This document shows, in pieces, positions 53,622-64,000 of a stretch of 64,000 nucleotides of DNA. Under the pieces are notes generated by a model that did no database searches, was not told where the DNA came from, and saw nothing but the letters and a program-made list of their open reading frames with translations. Source of the stretch: Octopus vulgaris (Eukaryota); contig OX597819.1 in the NCBI GenBank assembly GCA_951406725.2, positions 43,400,001 to 43,464,000 on the forward strand, written 5' to 3'. The first letter of the stretch is position 1, and every line of letters starts with the position of its first letter. The translations under genes were made by a program, and so were the position numbers.

Positions 53622-53795
53622 TCATGAGTGTGTGTTTGTCCTCCCAACATCGCCTGACAACCGATGTTGATGTGTTTATGTCCCTGTAATCTAGCGGTCC
53701 GGCAAAAGAGATCGATAGAATAAATACTAGGCTTACAAAGAATAAGTCATGGGGTCGATTTCTTCGACTGATACCCTTTGAGGCGGTGCTGCATC
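53385..53795 (+). mobile_element. SINE family A, followed by an inverted head fragment (53797-53845)
   Basis: Matches the consensus. Confidence 0.85.
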
Positions 53796-53846
53796 ATGCC
53801 CAAGGTACCACGCAGTGGGACTGAGCACGGAACCATATGGTTATAA

Positions 53847-53881
<35 letters not shown>

Positions 53882-53883
53882 CA

Positions 53884-53933
<50 letters not shown>

Positions 53934-53935
53934 CA

Positions 53936-53998
<63 letters not shown>

Positions 53999-54596
53999 GC
54001 ATACATATTTATATATATATATATGCTTGAATAAGTTGGAGTAAATAAGAAGAATTACAGAGGAACATTTATTTGTAATCTCTAAAATTGTTTCCGCGCA
54101 ACAAAGTTCTTCAGGTTCGCAGCTATTTGGTTATGTAACCGTTTCCTTACATTATGAGATCTTGTAAACTAAAATTCTCTGCTTCGAGCGCATCCTTTCT
54201 GTATGTCGTGGCTTACGAGGTAGTAGTAACCGTCCAGAAGCCAAAACGCAAATCTGGCGGTACGTACAATAGTACTGCTGGATAGCACCGGGTGAAATTT
54301 GAAGGCGGACGAGCTTTATACTTTACACTACTATTTTCTTAACAGAATATAACCAGAATATACATATATATATATATATATAAAACGAAAGCTAAAACGA
54401 CGGGAAGTGCATTGTGACCAGCGATGTCTAACAACATCCGATAGTCTGGTCGATACCGTAATAACCAAATCGGAGGTGCTATCTGTGTGGGTATCTTTTC
54501 AGAACATTGTCTAGTTTAAAAAGCCATATCAGATGTCATGATGTTGCTATTGTGTAGGTACAGCAGGTGGTGAAACTCTGCATAAGGAGTAGACAA

Positions 54597-54686
<90 letters not shown>

Positions 54687-54689
54687 AAC

Positions 54690-55303
<614 letters not shown>

Positions 55304-55368
55304 AAATATTGAGTTTCTAAATCTCTCGTAGTTTCTAAATCTCTCAGGAGGTGTACGGTGGTGGAGCG

Positions 55369-55783
55369 ATATAATGGTTGTATACTGTCAATCTAACAAG
55401 AACGTGACAGTAGGGGGTACACCACCGTTATATAGCCCTAGGAGGCATCGTACGCCTCCTGACAGCTTCGACACACTTTATCCTGTTATCCTGTGAATAG
55501 ACTTCACTGACTATAGATATATACAAATACGAAGTCGAGACAGATATCGCCAGCTGACCGGTGTCTGCTACTCTAGGCCGATGAAGGACAATGATCCTGA
55601 AACACGGTGTCCCTAGATGCAGTTCCGGCGGTTGGGGATGTTTGTCTCCCCTTCGTATGTGTATATAAGGACACAGGATAAAATGTGTCGAAGCTGTCAG
55701 GAGGCGTTCGATGCCTCCTAGGGCTATAGAACGGTGGTGTACCCCCTACTGTCACGTTCTTGTTAGATTGACAGTATACAACC

Positions 55784-55790
<7 letters not shown>
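55369..55790. repeat. Long fold-back element in (TA)n: 118-bp near-perfect outer arms and imperfect inner arms
   Basis: 55369-55486 is the reverse complement of 55673-55790 with about 3 mismatches. About 55519-55577 pairs with 55612-55666. Confidence 0.9.
55572..55617 (+). ncRNA. Type-I hammerhead ribozyme motif (U4C core variant)
   Basis: TCTAGG-CCGATGA-AGGA(CAATGA)TCCT-GAAA-CACGGTG-TC-CCTAGA: perfect stems I and II, near-palindromic stem III, GUC triplet. Confidence 0.75.
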
Positions 55791-55852
<62 letters not shown>

Positions 55853-57115
55853 CAGCAATACACTGGGGCTAGTGAAATCTATTATAAGCCATGATCTTCC
55901 TACTCTTACACTCGATGCATGAGGCTCATCGTTGCATTTTTGCTCCTTTTCATTGACTTAGAAGTTTACATTTGAAAATTTCACCTCTGCGCATGCGTTG
56001 CGCAAAAAAAGGTCGTAAAAATATTATGACTGTCAATATATATAGCCCTACCTTTCAGACAGCACTTTGACGCCTGATTCTTTACCTTCAACTCCATAAA
56101 ACGTATATAAATGGAAGTATACTTAAACATAACCGACAAAAAGAGGCAAAAGCATTAGCAAGAGAGCCTGGCAAGTATCGAAATACAAATCGTAATCTCA
56201 TATATAATTCGCTCAGATAACCTTTATTTCTTTCTTTCTCCGCTTCCCCCTCCTCTTCTCTTTCTTCTTCTCTCTTTCTCTGCCCTCCCCCCCCCCCAGC
56301 AACACACATGTGCGTATATGTGCATAGACATATGTACATATGTATATATATATGTATATACATTTACGCATAAAATATAATATATACATGTATATGTATC
56401 ACGCGTGTATATGTGTATGTATATATATATTTGCATGCACCCATCTAAATCACGCATGCAAACACACACACACATATACACACACGCATACACTTCATTA
56501 AATGCATGCGCATATATGTATTCAAATATATATACATATACGTATATATATGTCTGTGTATGTATTTCTATCTGCATTCTCTCTCTCACTCTCTCTCTGT
56601 CTCTCACTCCCCCCTCTCTCTCTATATATATACACTCTTATATACATATATACATATGTATATTAGAGTGTGTGTAAATCTATGTATGTTTACATATGTT
56701 GTGTGTATCTATCTATCTGTCTATCTATTTATCTATCTATCTATCTATTTATCTGTCTGCGTATATATGTATATATATATATACATACATAGATATATAA
56801 ATATATATATATACGCATTTATATATATGTGTGTGTGTATACAAACACACTTATACGAATACATTAATATACATACATACATACATATATATATATATAC
56901 ACATGTGTATATAAATATAAATGCATATAAATAAAAATATTTATGAATATGTGGTATATTTATTATTAAAACACACACTTACACACATATACACGTAAAT
57001 ATGGGGCTGTAGGAGGTGTATGTGTGTGGTTGTGGTTGGTTGTGTATGTATAAATCCCCATGTACATTAAATATTTATGAATTTTAGTCCTGCAATAAAA
57101 CTTTAAATTGAATTT

Positions 57116-57145
57116 CAAAATGGCGGTTATTTCCTGTTTTCTTGT
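57116..57145 (+). promoter_or_regulatory. YY1-consensus motif (CAAAATGGCGG) with adjacent ETS-like TTCCTG
   Basis: Exact motif match in TE-poor sequence; function unproven. Confidence 0.3.
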
Positions 57146-58234
57146 TTCTCAATATGAATAACTTAAAACATTATATAGTAGTATCATAGTGTAACGTGAT
57201 TGAACCAAACAGATCTGCTTCATATGTAAATTAACCGTTTAACGATCGAAAAATATTTTCTGTATTTTATTCATATTTTCTGTATTTTTCTCTAATTTTT
57301 ATTTATATATTTATTCATTCATTTATTTGTTTATTTTTAGTTTTACACGGAAAATACTAATCGAGTAACATCATGAAAATTTAACGTGCCAAATCACAGT
57401 CATGTTTATAACATCTTCGTTCCATGCTTCAAATTCATTGAGAATGTTGTCACCTCTTAGCGTCAATAAAACAAGTACCAGTAATTATTTGGCTGTCTGG
57501 CGTAAAGAGAAAAATCATGTATTTGACGAACTAAAAGGAGCTACAGATAGCAACAAGCTTTGCTTCAAACCAACTTTAAATAAAGTGAGATACTCATGGA
57601 CGCTTCGGGTGTAAAGATTGCTCTCCTTTTTATAGTTTTGTTGTTATAGAAATATCGCTATTTTATGACTCAACGGTCGAATCTGTACGTGTTTGCCCTC
57701 GGTAGAAATAACAGCTCAAACTACCTCAAATCATCAAACCCCACTATCTTTAGAAAACAAACAACGATTCATAGGACATTGCGATTGTATCTATAGAAAA
57801 AAAAAATGACGGCATCGTTATGCCTGGACCGTCGATGATATAAAAGACCTGCTCAAACAGAAATGATCTGGAGTTAAACAACGAGAAAGCAACGAATATC
57901 ATAACGCGATACGATGCTGGAAAGTTTTTGGTGTAATTCATTTTTTTTTGCAACCTAGTTTCCAATTGACGTATAAATCGTTTTGGTTTCTTCCCGAAAA
58001 CGATAAATCATGAATAAATTACCTTCTTATTCCACTTCTATACAAAACCCGATAATGTGTGTGTGTGTGTGTGTATACATGTATGTACGTATATACATGT
58101 ATGTATGTATGTATATATATGCATGTATGTGTATTTATGTATGTAATCATATATGTATGCATGTATATGTGTGTGTATATATATATATATACCTACATAT
58201 ATATATGTATATATAAATATGTACTATATATATG

Positions 58235-58307
<73 letters not shown>

Positions 58308-58371
58308 ATATAAATATGTACTATATATATATATATGTATGTCTATATATATATGTATATATAAATGTATG

Positions 58372-58415
<44 letters not shown>

Positions 58416-59082
58416 TGTGTTTTATCAATATCTGGCAGAAGTAACAGACTGACTCAAGGGACGAGAGCTTCGTGTGTTAGCAATTACACACACACACAAC
58501 TCATATGTATATATATGTATATACATATATATATATACATTTACACATACATACATATATTGACATACATATATATATATTTGTATATATACACAGACAC
58601 ACACATATACGCACACATTCGTACACTGGCAAATAATGAAGTTAAAAGGGCCCATTCTCTTCCGATAACTCTTTATTCTTTATCTGATTACTGTGTTTAA
58701 TGTATCAACCAATCAATTGGTAAATGACTTCAGGTGTGCAATTCATACATGCCACAAGATATATTTAAACCGCATGGATTTCAATACTCTTCAACAGTCA
58801 TTTCGTTTGCCTTTCCTGGTTCATCCCAATCGCATGGACTACATACTGAAGTATGCGTATGGGTTTCTTTAATCCCTATTTTCTTTCAGAGATCCTTCGT
58901 CTAATTCGCACATTCCAAATGCAATCTGTAAGTGGCAAGATAAAAATATGCGAAACTTTCCTCGAGTTTAAAATGTGACAATGTTTTAGTTATTTAAGTT
59001 CCAGCAATAGAACTAAGTATTTTTGTTAGAAACCAAATTCTTCTTCAGAGGAAGAATTTAAATAATTAAAAGCAGAAGAGAA

Positions 59083-59144
<62 letters not shown>

Positions 59145-60275
59145 CACACACGCAGACAAGGCCGAGCGTAAGGTCTTGAGTTCGATTCTACTCCGTGGCA
59201 TCCCCGGAAAATATCTTTACTGCACCCTCCGTTCGACTCAAGCCTTATGACTGAATTAGATTTGGTTGGAATTGTCTGGAATTCTATAGAATCGACTGCA
59301 CTCGGAATCCAAAGCCTAACCATATCACATATTGTACTACGCTGACTCTATTCGAGAATTATGTTAAGGGAAGCGTCTGTGGAATATTCAGCCAGTTATA
59401 CTTTAATTCAAACTTCAATTGATCAGAAAACTGAATGTCCATGAATGTTTCCCCTTTCTCACACTTATTTGCCTTCCTTCCTCCTTTATTTGTGTGCAGT
59501 CATTAACGGTCATGATATGCTCCCAAATGGTAATAAGTGCTTCTAATTTCGGTGCAAAGGCAACAATTTTTCAGTGGAGAGGGACTCTTCGATTACATTT
59601 TCTCAGTACTTGACTTGTACTTTATCTTATTGATTCCGAAGAATGAAAGGTAATGTTGACCTCGGCGGGATTTGAAATTGGAACGTAAAGAATCAAAAGA
59701 AATATGCAAAGTATTTTCTCTGACGCTTTAAGGGTTCTTTCTACCTACTGTCCTCAAAATGGTAACAGTAGAAGCTAGTAGAATGTAATTTTCCAGTAAT
59801 TCTTTTAATGTATTGTTTGTGATTCAATATTCAGTTTTGTTTAGCTTAGATCCTCTCGCTCCTCATGGAATACTGGTCGGCAGAGTTAGAATTCGTCCTT
59901 GAGCTTTCGAATCCATTACATCAGAAATAATTCCGGGTTCTGTGATCTTTAAGTGACTCAAAGGATAAGACTCCCACTCCACTCCCACTTCTACTCGTCC
60001 TCATTTTCTTCCTTGTCCTCGTTCTCGCCCTCCTCCTCCTCCCCCTCCTCCCCTCTTCTTCTTTATCATCATCATCATCATAATCATCATCATAATCATC
60101 ATCATCATCATCATCATAATCATCATCATCATCATCATCATCAGCGTCATCTTCTTCATCATCATCCTCATTACCAAAAACTGCTGCTGCAACAGCATGT
60201 CTGGGTAAGACCTGAATGAAAATTCTCGACATGTGCCATGTTCACATGTCTGGAGAGAAAGATGGAGAGAGAGAG

Positions 60276-60314
<39 letters not shown>

Positions 60315-61017
60315 GAAAGACAGAGGAGGAGATAGATAGATAGATACCGAGAGAGAGAGAATGAAAACTATGTTTAATCATTTCCAAAATTTGTGTATTT
60401 CATTCCATTGCTGTTTTACAGCTGAGAATCATAACTTGTAGCCTAAAAAAAATAAACTAGTTCTTAATCAATATATTCCTTAACTACATCGAAAGATCTT
60501 TTTTTTCAAATTTATTGTTCTTCCAATATTTTAGAAATTCTAATTTTATCGTTCATGTTTTCCTTTTCGTCAAACAAACCCCTGTAAAACATGTTCGACC
60601 ACACATACACACACACATGTATACATACATACATACATACATACATACATACATACATACAGTCAACTAGTAGAGCTAAGAATCGTTTCGTGAAAATATG
60701 CCATTGTCATCATATGAGGCAAACAACTTCATCCCCGTTAGTACATTATATAATATTGAACTGCACCGACCAAGTACTGAGTTCTCATGTCTTTTATGTA
60801 TTAACAAACATATATCGATTATGTGTCTATGTATGTATGTACACACACACGCGCGCACACATGACGTCATAAGAATTTATAAACTTTGCGAGGATGTGAG
60901 ATAATTCTTCCCCGTTTTTTTAACAATGGATCTCGAAGCACATGATAAAGTTATAGCTAATAGGGTGCAAATATTGGATAAATATTTATATGATATAAAT
61001 ACATATATATATTTATA

Positions 61018-61196
61018 CGAAGGGAGCAGAGACAAGTTCCTGGTTTTGGGTAAAAGAAAATGCCGGAGGATCAGATAATTTTATTCCCACGTATTCCTCT
61101 CTCGGATTCACACACTTATTGCAGCGGTCCTTCAATTTTTCTAGGCACTGTAAAAGAACTCGGAAGGCTGGATCCCCAACCAGGAACTTTTCAGCA

Positions 61197-61200
<4 letters not shown>
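61018..61200. mobile_element. mariner-derived MITE
   Basis: TIRs (ta)cgaagggagcagagacaagttcctggtt / aaccaggaacttttcagcactcg. The same right TIR occurs at 31814-31839. Confidence 0.6.
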
Positions 61201-61249
<49 letters not shown>

Positions 61250-62762
61250 GCGTATGTGTGTGTATATACATACATACGTGCACACACACACACATATATA
61301 AGGATTTTTTGCGTAATGAGATAAAAAAACCAAAGCTGTGTCGATATCTTACAGCTGTTTCCAGGATATTTATTAATTATCTCCCTTCATCAGAGACGGT
61401 GTGAGAGGATGGTTAAGTAATAGTTAGTTTAGATAGGATACAAAATTGAGAGTGAGGTGGAGTAAAGAAAATAGATATAAGATATATATGCACACACACA
61501 CACACATATATATATATTCGAAACGTCATACCTCCCTGCTTCCATTTCCTGAGCGCCTATTAATAATAATACTGTAATTGTTCCATTGTTGTTGTTTTTT
61601 TGTTTCCCGTTTGGATTAAAATTATATATATATATATATATATACGTCTACCAAATCCTCTGACAAAGGAGTTATAATAGAAGACATTTAACGAAGGTGC
61701 CACGTAGTAGAACAGAACGTGGAGCAATGTGTTTGGGAAGTAAAAACTTCTTGCCACATAGCTATGCCTGCGTCTATGTCACATTAATTTTATTGTTTTT
61801 GTATTTGAAATCTCGGGACCGGAGTTTATTCTCAAACTAATTCACTGTCATCATCAAATCAACAATCTCATTGAACGTCCAGTTGCAATGGCGTATACTA
61901 CTACATAGCAGCGTATAGCAAGCGTAATACATAAATTTCGTTGATCAAATTAATTTCCCCCTTCTTTTTCTCGTTGATATACCTATTAATTTTATGGATA
62001 TTGATATTTTACCGTGGGGTAATGTAGCAATTTTATCAAGGCGTAGCAAAACATTCATAAATATTAATATTGATACTTTTCCGTGTTGAGGTTAGCGTAT
62101 TACTTATAGCGTTTCATTTTCCTGACTAAATTTTGTTGATTAAGTCGAGTTTTTTTTTTTTTTTTATGATAAAATTCCTGGATTACTTTACGGTAAACTA
62201 TCAATATTCATAAAATTATTAGTTGTACTAATGAGAAAAAAGGAAAAAAAAAAATTAAAAAAATTAAAAGTAAGAAATTTATTTGATCAACAACAAAAAA
62301 AATTAATTGTAACGCTTCGTTGGACGTTGCTACGCGTTTGTGAACTTGCTGTTCGTTTCTACAGATTTCTGTGATGTATTTACCACGCGCGGTTCCAACG
62401 ATTTTTGTGCGAAGAGATTCTCTGCTCTGCTCTGCTCCATAAATAACTTAGGTGAATCCTCTCGTTGATGACTGGCGAAATTTTAAGATTTCAAATGAAA
62501 AATGTCTTTAAAAAGCTCTTGAAAAAAAAATTAAATAAAATTCATATCTTCATATCTTTATTGCAGTACAATAATTCAAAAGCACAATAGGAAAAAAAAC
62601 CCCCAAAAAAACTGACAATGGAATTTTAGTAATCGCAGAGTAAGGTATTATTTGAGTCATAATTTTCATGAAAATGAATAAATGTTGAAAATCGATATTA
62701 CTCGAAATGTGATGTGCAACTGAAGGTTTTACAATAAAAGTATAACAGACACCCTTACCTAA

Positions 62763-62817
<55 letters not shown>

Positions 62818-63207
62818 TGTATGTGTGTATGCATGTATGTGCGTGTGTGTAATTATAAAATCGTCTGGGTAATAACCTTATAGCATTTGTTTCGCAAAGC
62901 TCCTCCAAAGGTATCAGCTGCCATATGCTATCATACAGCAGGAATTCGTTTTTTACTGGATATGCACGTGGAAGTGCGTTAATATCTGCAGAATCCATAC
63001 AATACACGCGCGCGCGCACACACACACACATGTGTGTATACAAAAAGATGAATGGACGGGTTTTAATCCCAATCACTACAATTGTTTCGTTGCATTATTA
63101 TCAGCTGATAATTGCTGAGTGTTTCACGTATTATATACATTCTTGCTTCAATATGATCCAACAATAGCTGTGTACCTGCATGCCTTCAGCTGAATAGCTT
63201 CGAGATG

Positions 63208-63255
<48 letters not shown>

Positions 63256-63512
63256 CCTCTCACCACCAAACCGAACTCCGGCTGACCTGTTCGAAACTAC
63301 GCCTTTACCCATACATCAATTAACACAAACACAAACACACATGCATATAGATACTACCACACACATACACATAGGTCATTTTCACATTTTCCTACCTTAA
63401 AAAATCTATATCTCTCTCCACTTTCGATTACCTTATCCATGATCCATGTAACCACACACGGTTTCTTGGACTTGCTTTTTTTCCTTCTCTAGACCTCTCC
63501 TTTCTTCTCTTT

Positions 63513-63540
63513 CTGACGAAGAGCCATGCTCGGAACGTTA
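63513..63540 (+). ncRNA. Decayed minimal hammerhead motif in a PLE-like tail
   Basis: CTGACGA-AGAGC(CAT)GCTC-GGAA-CGT-TA. The GAAA box is mutated to GGAA. Confidence 0.4.
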
Positions 63541-63625
63541 TGCACCCATCTTATACTGAGCGTCAACCTAACACATTCCACGTGTACGTCCTTTTGACTT
63601 TGTTTTGTTATTTTTAATTTTCGAT

Positions 63626-63703
<78 letters not shown>

Positions 63704-63881
63704 GTCTGTCTGTCTGTCTGTCTGCCTGCCTGCCTGTCTGCCTGCGTGTCTGTCTGTCTGTGTGTCTGTCTGTCTGTGTGTCTGTCTGTCTGCCTGCCTG
63801 TCTGCCTGTCTGCCTGTTTACCCGTCCCTCCTATCTACATACACAAACATACACAAAGACACACACTCATATATGTGTGTA

Positions 63882-63933
<52 letters not shown>

Positions 63934-64000
63934 TGTGTGAAAACACAATGACTGTAGAAATACTGTGAATATGAACAATATGGCTGAATGAAAATATTTT

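Noticed and set aside
54110-54145. Minus-strand CTGAAGA...GAAAC motif
   Set aside because: Stems II and III do not pair convincingly.
61907-62333. Weak terminal inverted similarity suggesting an old MITE
   Set aside because: The arms are short and AT-rich, with no TSD and no second copy in the window.

Overview
AT-rich eukaryotic non-coding DNA, very probably from an octopus genome (inferred from the SINE families and the extreme microsatellite load). I cannot support any intact host protein-coding gene: nearly all listed ORFs are translated microsatellites or SINE sequence. The window is a nested mosaic of repeats: at least five tRNA-headed SINE families, a full-length but decayed mariner, Tc1/hAT/other MITEs (one family carries TAACCC telomeric repeats), three non-autonomous Helitrons (one with a head-to-tail junction and a captured piggyBac-like fragment), fragments of Tx1/L1, RTE and CR1 LINEs, and a 5'-truncated Penelope-like element (PLE) with a GIY-YIG endonuclease ORF. 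The most striking signal is a set of dissimilar type-I hammerhead ribozyme motifs at about 1.9, 20.9, 22.0/25.1 and 55.6 kb, plus decayed ones. Each sits in a fold-back or inverted structure inserted into a (TA)n tract. One caps a ~420-nt rod-like hairpin with G-U-compatible changes, suggesting a retrozyme-like RNA. All folds and alignments were done by eye, so boundaries are approximate and nothing was checked by computation.
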